Below, piece after piece: positions 51,401-64,000 of a stretch of 64,000 nt of DNA. Source of the stretch: Owenia fusiformis (taxonomy: Eukaryota); assembly GCA_903813345.2 (NCBI GenBank), contig CAIIXF020000001.1, forward strand, positions 15,252,001-15,316,000, in the 5' to 3' direction. How positions within the stretch are numbered: position 1 is the stretch's first letter; each line of letters opens with the position of its first letter. Both the position numbers and the translations under genes were made by a program. The notes under the pieces were generated by a model. The model saw only the letters and a list, made by a program, of their open reading frames with translations, was not told where the DNA came from and searched no databases.

Positions 51401-52846
51401 ACCTGATTACAGAATGGTATGGTCGCCATCAGATTTTGAATCGATTCAAAATTCTAAAATCACCTTCCCGTCTGAGAACGTTAGAAAGTTGCAGCTACGT
51501 TCATTCCGTTCGCACACAGTTTAAAACCAGTTTTGAAGAACGCAGTGACAACTTGTTTGGTGTGATAGCTATATTTTTGCGAACTCGTTCATAAGCAGTC
51601 TTTAATACGTTCATAGTCAGTTTAAACTCGTTTGCAATTAGTTCTCCCTCGTTCTCAATATGTCCTCAGACAGTTCAACTCGTTGTCAAAACGTCCGTAG
51701 TAGGATTGAAGTACGACGGTTCTGTTCGTAGTACGTCCAGCTCGTCGTTAGTACTTTATCACTCGTTCTAATTGTAGAACGTGATGACCACGAGAACATT
51801 TTGAGCATGTTCTAAGTTCTAGAGGACCTACCCATTCGAGTATATTCGATGAAGTTTGTAAATAGACCCCAAACGGTTCTAAGTACGTCCAGTCCATTCG
51901 TACACAGTTGAAGCCCGTTTTTTAGAACGTAGAGATCTCTTGAGAGATAGCTTATAGCAAACTAAGTACAAGTAATTAATTTTCATGGCACCTTAACTTC
52001 CATCATGGCACCTTCAAAACTGAATTCAACCAGTTTTTAGCAATAAACAGAGGAAACGTGGGAGGAACAATTGAATAAGACTGTAATCACATTTACTTTA
52101 TAAGAAGTTGGTGTTACTGTCTCATAACTGTCAACATTTTCTTAGTCTAAACTAAAATGTCAACAACATGTCTCAAGGTCATTCAAAATTTTCTACATGT
52201 ATATGCATGATTTACACGAGCAGTCGAGCAGTCAGCCACTTTCAATTTGTATTCCAGGTAATAGCTATTGCACATGTCCTTATCACGAAGTATGATCTCT
52301 CAAATGCTATGTACAGAGTTTGAAAGTTGAGACTGCTGCAAATGATCTGTGGTTCAAAACCGCTTCATACTTCACAATTTGACTTGACAGTCTGTGATAA
52401 CATCTCATAAGTTAAAATCAGCAAAAATTATAAGTCACTAAGTTGGAGGACAGGGAGACGATGTTTGCCTGTAGGTAATTGTTGGGCAATAGAGCCCATG
52501 GTCAGACAGTTACCTTACAGCTTATGGATGACACTGCCCCACTTTATGCCAACTAGTTTGCTTCAAACATTAGACATGCATACTATGTGCAAACTTACTA
52601 TAAATGATTTTCACAAAGCTTTATGTGACTACTGCCAGACAGTGCCATCTATACTATAGAGTGAGTATCTATCTGACTCATGACTTTCAATTTTAGGTCG
52701 AAAACATGAAGAATGGGGTATCAGTTTGAATAGTATTTTGGAAGCAATAGCAATGGTGAATCATTATTTATCTTGTGAAAAGTTACATCATTCATTTACC
52801 TTGCTATTTGAAGCGAATTTCTGCAGGAAAAGAGACGCAATGCCAT
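45334..52846 (-). CDS. ATPIF1: Mitochondrial ATPase inhibitor IF1, 113 aa with one alternative exon
   Basis: Exons 52800-52846, 49414-49488, 48970-49033, (47179-47259 or 45798-45878) and 45334-45408 splice in phase to [113 protein letters not shown]. This has the IF1 signature [23 protein letters not shown], an Arg-rich acid-free presequence and a His-containing coiled coil. Confidence 0.93.
45798..45878 (-). CDS. ATPIF1: ATPIF1 alternative exon 4b (81 nt)
   Basis: ttttag/gtactt; [27 protein letters not shown]. Confidence 0.88.
47179..47259 (-). CDS. ATPIF1: ATPIF1 alternative exon 4a (81 nt)
   Basis: ggacag/gtagaa; QTEQLKSLKKEHITEIQSHQELIKHHE. Confidence 0.78.
47260..47645 (-). repeat. ~139-bp tandem partial duplications of the exon 4a acceptor region
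   Basis: Two further diverged copies of tccaagtga.aaata..aaa.t.atttataaagat plus the 5' part of exon 4a, both lacking the donor. Confidence 0.8.
48970..49033 (-). CDS. ATPIF1: ATPIF1 exon 3 (inhibitory core)
   Basis: ttttag/gtatgc; [21 protein letters not shown]. Confidence 0.93.
49414..49488 (-). CDS. ATPIF1: ATPIF1 exon 2
   Basis: ttttag/gtaaat; [25 protein letters not shown], phase 2-2. Confidence 0.9.
51175..51930. mobile_element. Second, 3'-truncated copy of the 42916-43724 MITE, in ATPIF1 intron 1
   Basis: Collinear high similarity; lacks the right TIR and a short internal segment (catgaagttcgtaaatagacc). Confidence 0.85.
52800..52846 (-). CDS. ATPIF1: ATPIF1 first coding exon (mitochondrial presequence)
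   Basis: aaaATGGCA context; [15 protein letters not shown] with a phase-2 donor AG|gtaaat that matches exon 2. Confidence 0.82.
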
Positions 52847-52880
52847 TTTATTTTTATTTCGACGAACAGACTTTTGGTTT

Positions 52881-55800
52881 GGCAAAACTGCCCTAATTCA
52901 CGTCACCATACTAGTCAATGGGCAAAGGGCAAACGCCTGACTTTTTATCTCGAGTTATGGATTTATGTGGCCTCACTGGCCTATCTGAGGTTCTAAAGCT
53001 ATGTCTAAGCTACATCTTGACACTAAACTCGATAGGGGCCAATCATCTACTTTTTGAAATAATTGGTCAATTGTGACACTACCCCCTCTCTCTGCAGACA
53101 CAAATTGAAATTCACAAAAATGAAGGCAAAATTAATACGCCACTTGACTCGAAATTTTCCTTCAGATAACCCAAATAAACGCATTTTCAGAAGAAATGGC
53201 ATGTTGCCATTGCAAAAAGATTACAACTGTGCCTACATACTAGCTTACTGACTCGTCATGATCACATTTGTGTTGGGCCTACATTTATTTTTGAATACTA
53301 CTTTTTTCTATTCAGCGGAAGTGACGTATTAGGGCATTTTGGCCTAATAGCCACATGGTTGGATGATTTCTGGCTTTAAATTGCGTTTTTCCAATTTACT
53401 AGAGTTTTTCAAGTAGTTTTGTGCAGTTTAAGAATATTCTGACAGCAATTATGAAAAATATGGCTACTTCATTACCCCTGGGGTCATTTTTCCAAGAACC
53501 CAATGGTTTTCCTTTAAATTTGACTAGTTTTTCATTTACATCATGAAATCCACTGCCTGATGGTGACATTTTTCAGTATCGTGTCAAGAATTTGAGTATT
53601 TTATTGCATATTGCAATTTTTAGCCAAATCACTGAACCGTGAACCAGAAAATTGGACAAATTTGACCCACTTTTTGGCAAAATCTTACTAAAATCATCAC
53701 TTTTTCATACTTTATTCCATTCAACAACCTCCTGATTTGAAAAATGATGACAAATTTGATCAGTTTTGACTCTGGCCTAGAGAATTGGGACTTTTGAGAT
53801 ATTTTTAGCTCGAATGTAGTCATTCAGAGTGAACAAATACATCAAAAATTGACACTTAACTCACCAATTTCTGACTGCACCCCCGATATGTACCTTCTTT
53901 CTATACTGGAAACCATAAGATGGGAAATTCAATCTTTATGATGAATAGCAACTCGTTGGCTTCCCCATTTACGACAACAAATGACATTTAGGGGTCACTA
54001 AGGACAAAATTGTAGCCAAATATCGTCAAAATCAAGGGTTTTTGGGGTAAAAAGCGAAAACTGATGATTCAGCAAAAACATTAAATTTGTTCATGAAAAT
54101 TCCCCTTTTTGCCTCCGTCCAAAATATGTTTCACACTAATAAACTTCAATTCTGGTTGATTCTGAGTAGTTTTAAAAAATTTTGGTCACTTTCACATGTG
54201 ACTAATAGGCAAAACTGCCCTAATTCACGTCACCATACTAGTCAATGGGCAAAAGGGCAAACGCCTGACTTTTTATCTCGAGTTATGGATTTATGTGGCC
54301 TCACTGGCCTATCTGAGGTTCTAAAGCTATGTCTAAGCTACATCTTGACACTAAACTCGATAGGGGCCAATCATCTACTTTTTGAAATAATTGGTCAATT
54401 GTGACACTACCCCCTCTCTCTGCAGACACAAATTGAAATTCACAAAAATGAAGGCAAAATTAATACGCCACTTGACTCGAAATTTTCCTTCAGATAACCC
54501 AAATAAACGCATTTTCAGAAGAAATGGCATGTTGCCATTGCAAAAAGATTACAACTGTGCCTACATACTAGCTTACTGACTCGTCATGATCACATTTGTG
54601 TTGGGCCTACATTTATTTTTGAATACTACTTTTTTCTATTCAGCGGAAGTGACGTATTAGGGCATTTTGGCCTAATAGCCACATGGTTGGATGATTTCTG
54701 GCTTTAAATTGCGTTTTTCCAATTTACTAGAGTTTTTCAAGTAGTTTTGTGCAGTTTAAGAATATTCTGACAGCAATTATGAAAAATATGGCTACTTCAT
54801 TACCCCTGGGGTCATTTTTCCAAGAACCCAATGGTTTTCCTTTAAATTTGACTAGTTTTTCATTTACATCATGAAATCCACTGCCTGATGGTGACATTTT
54901 TCAGTATCGTGTCAAGAATTTGAGTATTTTATTGCATATTGCAATTTTTAGCCAAATCACTGAACCGTGAACCAGAAAATTGGACAAATTTGACCCACTT
55001 TTTGGCAAAATCTTACTAAAATCATCACTTTTTCATACTTTATTCCATTCAACAACCTCCTGATTTGAAAAATGATGACAAATTTGATCAGTTTTGACTC
55101 TGGCCTAGAGAATTGGGACTTTTGAGATATTTTTAGCTCGAATGTAGTCATTCAGAGTGAACAAATACATCAAAAATTGACACTTAACTCACCAATTTCT
55201 GACTGCACCCCCGATATGTACCTTCTTTCTATACTGGAAACCATAAGATGGGAAATTCAATCTTTATGATGAATAGCAACTCGTTGGCTTCCCCATTTAC
55301 GACAACAAATGACATTTAGGGGTCACTAAGGACAAAATTGTAGCCAAATATCGTCAAAATCAAGGGTTTTTGGGGTAAAAAGCGAAAACTGATGATTCAG
55401 CAAAAACATTAAATTTGTTCATGAAAATTCCCCTTTTTGCCTCCGTCCAAAATATGTTTCACACTAATAAACTTCAATTCTGGTTGATTCTGAGTAGTTT
55501 TAAAAAATTTTGGTCACTTTCACATGTGACTAATAGGCAAAACTGCCCTAATTCACGTCACCATACTAGTCAATGGGCAAAAGGGCAAACGCCTGACTTT
55601 TTATCTCGAGTTATGGATTTATGTGGCCTCACTGGCCTATCTGAGGTTCTAAAGCTATGTCTAAGCTACATCTTGACACTAAACTCGATAGGGGCCAATC
55701 ATCTACTTTTTGAAATAATTGGTCAATTGTGACACTACCCCCTCTCTCTGCAGACACAAATTGAAATTCACAAAAATGAAGGCAAAATTAATACGCCACT

Positions 55801-58800
55801 TGACTCGAAATTTTCCTTCAGATAACCCAAATAAACGCATTTTCAGAAGAAATGGCATGTTGCCATTGCAAAAAGATTACAACTGTGCCTACATACTAGC
55901 TTACTGACTCGTCATGATCACATTTGTGTTGGGCCTACATTTATTTTTGAATACTACTTTTTTCTATTCAGCGGAAGTGACGTATTAGGGCATTTTGGCC
56001 TAATAGCCACATGGTTGGATGATTTCTGGCTTTAAATTGCGTTTTTCCAATTTACTAGAGTTTTTCAAGTAGTTTTGTGCAGTTTAAGAATATTCTGACA
56101 GCAATTATGAAAAATATGGCTACTTCATTACCCCTGGGGTCATTTTTCCAAGAACCCAATGGTTTTCCTTTAAATTTGACTAGTTTTTCATTTACATCAT
56201 GAAATCCACTGCCTGATGGTGACATTTTTCAGTATCGTGTCAAGAATTTGAGTATTTTATTGCATATTGCAATTTTTAGCCAAATCACTGAACCGTGAAC
56301 CAGAAAATTGGACAAATTTGACCCACTTTTTGGCAAAATCTTACTAAAATCATCACTTTTTCATACTTTATTCCATTCAACAACCTCCTGATTTGAAAAA
56401 TGATGACAAATTTGATCAGTTTTGACTCTGGCCTAGAGAATTGGGACTTTTGAGATATTTTTAGCTCGAATGTAGTCATTCAGAGTGAACAAATACATCA
56501 AAAATTGACACTTAACTCACCAATTTCTGACTGCACCCCCGATATGTACCTTCTTTCTATACTGGAAACCATAAGATGGGAAATTCAATCTTTATGATGA
56601 ATAGCAACTCGTTGGCTTCCCCATTTACGACAACAAATGACATTTAGGGGTCACTAAGGACAAAATTGTAGCCAAATATCGTCAAAATCAAGGGTTTTTG
56701 GGGTAAAAAGCGAAAACTGATGATTCAGCAAAAACATTAAATTTGTTCATGAAAATTCCCCTTTTTGCCTCCGTCCAAAATATGTTTCACACTAATAAAC
56801 TTCAATTCTGGTTGATTCTGAGTAGTTTTAAAAAATTTTGGTCACTTTCACATGTGACTAATAGGCAAAACTGCCCTAATTCACGTCACCATACTAGTCA
56901 ATGGGCAAAAGGGCAAACGCCTGACTTTTTATCTCGAGTTATGGATTTATGTGGCCTCACTGGCCTATCTGAGGTTCTAAAGCTATGTCTAAGCTACATC
57001 TTGACACTAAACTCGATAGGGGCCAATCATCTACTTTTTGAAATAATTGGTCAATTGTGACACTACCCCCTCTCTCTGCAGACACAAATTGAAATTCACA
57101 AAAATGAAGGCAAAATTAATACGCCACTTGACTCGAAATTTTCCTTCAGATAACCCAAATAAACGCATTTTCAGAAGAAATGGCATGTTGCCATTGCAAA
57201 AAGATTACAACTGTGCCTACATACTAGCTTACTGACTCGTCATGATCACATTTGTGTTGGGCCTACATTTATTTTTGAATACTACTTTTTTCTATTCAGC
57301 GGAAGTGACGTATTAGGGCATTTTGGCCTAATAGCCACATGGTTGGATGATTTCTGGCTTTAAATTGCGTTTTTCCAATTTACTAGAGTTTTTCAAGTAG
57401 TTTTGTGCAGTTTAAGAATATTCTGACAGCAATTATGAAAAATATGGCTACTTCATTACCCCTGGGGTCATTTTTCCAAGAACCCAATGGTTTTCCTTTA
57501 AATTTGACTAGTTTTTCATTTACATCATGAAATCCACTGCCTGATGGTGACATTTTTCAGTATCGTGTCAAGAATTTGAGTATTTTATTGCATATTGCAA
57601 TTTTTAGCCAAATCACTGAACCGTGAACCAGAAAATTGGACAAATTTGACCCACTTTTTGGCAAAATCTTACTAAAATCATCACTTTTTCATACTTTATT
57701 CCATTCAACAACCTCCTGATTTGAAAAATGATGACAAATTTGATCAGTTTTGACTCTGGCCTAGAGAATTGGGACTTTTGAGATATTTTTAGCTCGAATG
57801 TAGTCATTCAGAGTGAACAAATACATCAAAAATTGACACTTAACTCACCAATTTCTGACTGCACCCCCGATATGTACCTTCTTTCTATACTGGAAACCAT
57901 AAGATGGGAAATTCAATCTTTATGATGAATAGCAACTCGTTGGCTTCCCCATTTACGACAACAAATGACATTTAGGGGTCACTAAGGACAAAATTGTAGC
58001 CAAATATCGTCAAAATCAAGGGTTTTTGGGGTAAAAAGCGAAAACTGATGATTCAGCAAAAACATTAAATTTGTTCATGAAAATTCCCCTTTTTGCCTCC
58101 GTCCAAAATATGTTTCACACTAATAAACTTCAATTCTGGTTGATTCTGAGTAGTTTTAAAAAATTTTGGTCACTTTCACATGTGACTAATAGGCAAAACT
58201 GCCCTAATTCACGTCACCATACTAGTCAATGGGCAAAAGGGCAAACGCCTGACTTTTTATCTCGAGTTATGGATTTATGTGGCCTCACTGGCCTATCTGA
58301 GGTTCTAAAGCTATGTCTAAGCTACATCTTGACACTAAACTCGATAGGGGCCAATCATCTACTTTTTGAAATAATTGGTCAATTGTGACACTACCCCCTC
58401 TCTCTGCAGACACAAATTGAAATTCACAAAAATGAAGGCAAAATTAATACGCCACTTGACTCGAAATTTTCCTTCAGATAACCCAAATAAACGCATTTTC
58501 AGAAGAAATGGCATGTTGCCATTGCAAAAAGATTACAACTGTGCCTACATACTAGCTTACTGACTCGTCATGATCACATTTGTGTTGGGCCTACATTTAT
58601 TTTTGAATACTACTTTTTTCTATTCAGCGGAAGTGACGTATTAGGGCATTTTGGCCTAATAGCCACATGGTTGGATGATTTCTGGCTTTAAATTGCGTTT
58701 TTCCAATTTACTAGAGTTTTTCAAGTAGTTTTGTGCAGTTTAAGAATATTCTGACAGCAATTATGAAAAATATGGCTACTTCATTACCCCTGGGGTCATT

Positions 58801-61800
58801 TTTCCAAGAACCCAATGGTTTTCCTTTAAATTTGACTAGTTTTTCATTTACATCATGAAATCCACTGCCTGATGGTGACATTTTTCAGTATCGTGTCAAG
58901 AATTTGAGTATTTTATTGCATATTGCAATTTTTAGCCAAATCACTGAACCGTGAACCAGAAAATTGGACAAATTTGACCCACTTTTTGGCAAAATCTTAC
59001 TAAAATCATCACTTTTTCATACTTTATTCCATTCAACAACCTCCTGATTTGAAAAATGATGACAAATTTGATCAGTTTTGACTCTGGCCTAGAGAATTGG
59101 GACTTTTGAGATATTTTTAGCTCGAATGTAGTCATTCAGAGTGAACAAATACATCAAAAATTGACACTTAACTCACCAATTTCTGACTGCACCCCCGATA
59201 TGTACCTTCTTTCTATACTGGAAACCATAAGATGGGAAATTCAATCTTTATGATGAATAGCAACTCGTTGGCTTCCCCATTTACGACAACAAATGACATT
59301 TAGGGGTCACTAAGGACAAAATTGTAGCCAAATATCGTCAAAATCAAGGGTTTTTGGGGTAAAAAGCGAAAACTGATGATTCAGCAAAAACATTAAATTT
59401 GTTCATGAAAATTCCCCTTTTTGCCTCCGTCCAAAATATGTTTCACACTAATAAACTTCAATTCTGGTTGATTCTGAGTAGTTTTAAAAAATTTTGGTCA
59501 CTTTCACATGTGACTAATAGGCAAAACTGCCCTAATTCACGTCACCATACTAGTCAATGGGCAAAAGGGCAAACGCCTGACTTTTTATCTCGAGTTATGG
59601 ATTTATGTGGCCTCACTGGCCTATCTGAGGTTCTAAAGCTATGTCTAAGCTACATCTTGACACTAAACTCGATAGGGGCCAATCATCTACTTTTTGAAAT
59701 AATTGGTCAATTGTGACACTACCCCCTCTCTCTGCAGACACAAATTGAAATTCACAAAAATGAAGGCAAAATTAATACGCCACTTGACTCGAAATTTTCC
59801 TTCAGATAACCCAAATAAACGCATTTTCAGAAGAAATGGCATGTTGCCATTGCAAAAAGATTACAACTGTGCCTACATACTAGCTTACTGACTCGTCATG
59901 ATCACATTTGTGTTGGGCCTACATTTATTTTTGAATACTACTTTTTTCTATTCAGCGGAAGTGACGTATTAGGGCATTTTGGCCTAATAGCCACATGGTT
60001 GGATGATTTCTGGCTTTAAATTGCGTTTTTCCAATTTACTAGAGTTTTTCAAGTAGTTTTGTGCAGTTTAAGAATATTCTGACAGCAATTATGAAAAATA
60101 TGGCTACTTCATTACCCCTGGGGTCATTTTTCCAAGAACCCAATGGTTTTCCTTTAAATTTGACTAGTTTTTCATTTACATCATGAAATCCACTGCCTGA
60201 TGGTGACATTTTTCAGTATCGTGTCAAGAATTTGAGTATTTTATTGCATATTGCAATTTTTAGCCAAATCACTGAACCGTGAACCAGAAAATTGGACAAA
60301 TTTGACCCACTTTTTGGCAAAATCTTACTAAAATCATCACTTTTTCATACTTTATTCCATTCAACAACCTCCTGATTTGAAAAATGATGACAAATTTGAT
60401 CAGTTTTGACTCTGGCCTAGAGAATTGGGACTTTTGAGATATTTTTAGCTCGAATGTAGTCATTCAGAGTGAACAAATACATCAAAAATTGACACTTAAC
60501 TCACCAATTTCTGACTGCACCCCCGATATGTACCTTCTTTCTATACTGGAAACCATAAGATGGGAAATTCAATCTTTATGATGAATAGCAACTCGTTGGC
60601 TTCCCCATTTACGACAACAAATGACATTTAGGGGTCACTAAGGACAAAATTGTAGCCAAATATCGTCAAAATCAAGGGTTTTTGGGGTAAAAAGCGAAAA
60701 CTGATGATTCAGCAAAAACATTAAATTTGTTCATGAAAATTCCCCTTTTTGCCTCCGTCCAAAATATGTTTCACACTAATAAACTTCAATTCTGGTTGAT
60801 TCTGAGTAGTTTTAAAAAATTTTGGTCACTTTCACATGTGACTAATAGGCAAAACTGCCCTAATTCACGTCACCATACTAGTCAATGGGCAAAAGGGCAA
60901 ACGCCTGACTTTTTATCTCGAGTTATGGATTTATGTGGCCTCACTGGCCTATCTGAGGTTCTAAAGCTATGTCTAAGCTACATCTTGACACTAAACTCGA
61001 TAGGGGCCAATCATCTACTTTTTGAAATAATTGGTCAATTGTGACACTACCCCCTCTCTCTGCAGACACAAATTGAAATTCACAAAAATGAAGGCAAAAT
61101 TAATACGCCACTTGACTCGAAATTTTCCTTCAGATAACCCAAATAAACGCATTTTCAGAAGAAATGGCATGTTGCCATTGCAAAAAGATTACAACTGTGC
61201 CTACATACTAGCTTACTGACTCGTCATGATCACATTTGTGTTGGGCCTACATTTATTTTTGAATACTACTTTTTTCTATTCAGCGGAAGTGACGTATTAG
61301 GGCATTTTGGCCTAATAGCCACATGGTTGGATGATTTCTGGCTTTAAATTGCGTTTTTCCAATTTACTAGAGTTTTTCAAGTAGTTTTGTGCAGTTTAAG
61401 AATATTCTGACAGCAATTATGAAAAATATGGCTACTTCATTACCCCTGGGGTCATTTTTCCAAGAACCCAATGGTTTTCCTTTAAATTTGACTAGTTTTT
61501 CATTTACATCATGAAATCCACTGCCTGATGGTGACATTTTTCAGTATCGTGTCAAGAATTTGAGTATTTTATTGCATATTGCAATTTTTAGCCAAATCAC
61601 TGAACCGTGAACCAGAAAATTGGACAAATTTGACCCACTTTTTGGCAAAATCTTACTAAAATCATCACTTTTTCATACTTTATTCCATTCAACAACCTCC
61701 TGATTTGAAAAATGATGACAAATTTGATCAGTTTTGACTCTGGCCTAGAGAATTGGGACTTTTGAGATATTTTTAGCTCGAATGTAGTCATTCAGAGTGA

Positions 61801-64000
61801 ACAAATACATCAAAAATTGACACTTAACTCACCAATTTCTGACTGCACCCCCGATATGTACCTTCTTTCTATACTGGAAACCATAAGATGGGAAATTCAA
61901 TCTTTATGATGAATAGCAACTCGTTGGCTTCCCCATTTACGACAACAAATGACATTTAGGGGTCACTAAGGACAAAATTGTAGCCAAATATCGTCAAAAT
62001 CAAGGGTTTTTGGGGTAAAAAGCGAAAACTGATGATTCAGCAAAAACATTAAATTTGTTCATGAAAATTCCCCTTTTTGCCTCCGTCCAAAATATGTTTC
62101 ACACTAATAAACTTCAATTCTGGTTGATTCTGAGTAGTTTTAAAAAATTTTGGTCACTTTCACATGTGACTAATAGGCAAAACTGCCCTAATTCACGTCA
62201 CCATACTAGTCAATGGGCAAAAGGGCAAACGCCTGACTTTTTATCTCGAGTTATGGATTTATGTGGCCTCACTGGCCTATCTGAGGTTCTAAAGCTATGT
62301 CTAAGCTACATCTTGACACTAAACTCGATAGGGGCCAATCATCTACTTTTTGAAATAATTGGTCAATTGTGACACTACCCCCTCTCTCTGCAGACACAAA
62401 TTGAAATTCACAAAAATGAAGGCAAAATTAATACGCCACTTGACTCGAAATTTTCCTTCAGATAACCCAAATAAACGCATTTTCAGAAGAAATGGCATGT
62501 TGCCATTGCAAAAAGATTACAACTGTGCCTACATACTAGCTTACTGACTCGTCATGATCACATTTGTGTTGGGCCTACATTTATTTTTGAATACTACTTT
62601 TTTCTATTCAGCGGAAGTGACGTATTAGGGCATTTTGGCCTAATAGCCACATGGTTGGATGATTTCTGGCTTTAAATTGCGTTTTTCCAATTTACTAGAG
62701 TTTTTCAAGTAGTTTTGTGCAGTTTAAGAATATTCTGACAGCAATTATGAAAAATATGGCTACTTCATTACCCCTGGGGTCATTTTTCCAAGAACCCAAT
62801 GGTTTTCCTTTAAATTTGACTAGTTTTTCATTTACATCATGAAATCCACTGCCTGATGGTGACATTTTTCAGTATCGTGTCAAGAATTTGAGTATTTTAT
62901 TGCATATTGCAATTTTTAGCCAAATCACTGAACCGTGAACCAGAAAATTGGACAAATTTGACCCACTTTTTGGCAAAATCTTACTAAAATCATCACTTTT
63001 TCATACTTTATTCCATTCAACAACCTCCTGATTTGAAAAATGATGACAAATTTGATCAGTTTTGACTCTGGCCTAGAGAATTGGGACTTTTGAGATATTT
63101 TTAGCTCGAATGTAGTCATTCAGAGTGAACAAATACATCAAAAATTGACACTTAACTCACCAATTTCTGACTGCACCCCCGATATGTACCTTCTTTCTAT
63201 ACTGGAAACCATAAGATGGGAAATTCAATCTTTATGATGAATAGCAACTCGTTGGCTTCCCCATTTACGACAACAAATGACATTTAGGGGTCACTAAGGA
63301 CAAAATTGTAGCCAAATATCGTCAAAATCAAGGGTTTTTGGGGTAAAAAGCGAAAACTGATGATTCAGCAAAAACATTAAATTTGTTCATGAAAATTCCC
63401 CTTTTTGCCTCCGTCCAAAATATGTTTCACACTAATAAACTTCAATTCTGGTTGATTCTGAGTAGTTTTAAAAAATTTTGGTCACTTTCACATGTGACTA
63501 ATAGCCACATGGTTGGATGATTTCTGGCTTTAAATTGCGTTTTTCCAATTTACTAGAGTTTTTCAAGTAGTTTTGTGCAGTTTAAGAATATTCTGACAGC
63601 AATTATGAAAAATATGGCTACTTCATTACCCCTGGGGTCATTTTTCCAAGAACCCAATGGTTTTCCTTTAAATTTGACTAGTTTTTCATTTACATCATGA
63701 AATCCACTGCCTGATGGTGACATTTTTCAGTATCGTGTCAAGAATTTGAGTATTTTATTGCATATTGCAATTTTTAGCCAAATCACTGAACCGTGAACCA
63801 GAAAATTGGACAAATTTGACCCACTTTTTGGCAAAATCTTACTAAAATCATCACTTTTTCATACTTTATTCCATTCAACAACCTCCTGATTTGAAAAATG
63901 ATGACAAATTTGATCAGTTTTGACTCTGGCCTAGAGAATTGGGACTTTTGAGATATTTTTAGCTCGAATGTAGTCATTCAGAGTGAACAAATACATCAAA
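52881..64000. repeat. 1328-bp tandem array: 8 full near-identical units plus a deleted ninth, running off the window
   Basis: Unit starts at 52881, 54208, 55536, 56864, 58192, 59520, 60848 and 62176. Identical ORF triplets recur every 1328 bp. The first unit is 1 bp shorter and the last junction lacks 470 bp. Confidence 0.97.

Noticed and set aside
51130-51594. 154-aa ORF (and its counterpart 42883-43110)
   Set aside because: It lies within a non-autonomous MITE, the frame is broken in the other copy, and there are no transposase motifs.
53063-63977. Repeated 62-, 64- and 105-aa ORFs as a tandem gene family
   Set aside because: They are short, mostly start at non-ATG codons, have no recognisable domain, and simply recur with the 1328-bp unit. 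No rRNA, histone or snRNA signature was seen in the unit.

Overview
AT-rich invertebrate-type nuclear genomic DNA with spliceosomal introns and many repeats. Two intron-containing genes lie on the minus strand. (1) A filamin (filamin-A/cheerio-like) at about 4918-20801 encodes only the C-terminal Ig repeats, equivalent to human FLNA Ig16-24. It carries four paralogous 131-nt exons that look mutually exclusive and encode the end of Ig21 and the start of Ig22. (2) A mitochondrial ATPase inhibitor IF1 (ATPIF1) gene at 45334-52846 has two paralogous 81-nt alternative exons covering the His-containing coiled coil. From 52881, about 35 bp upstream of the ATPIF1 start codon, a near-identical 1328-bp tandem array runs to the end of the window. 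The rest consists of CR1/L2-type LINE fragments (two of them nested inside fold-back elements), many MITE/palindromic elements and several minisatellites. Exon boundaries were read by hand from GT/AG sites and checked for phase compatibility; no database search was run.
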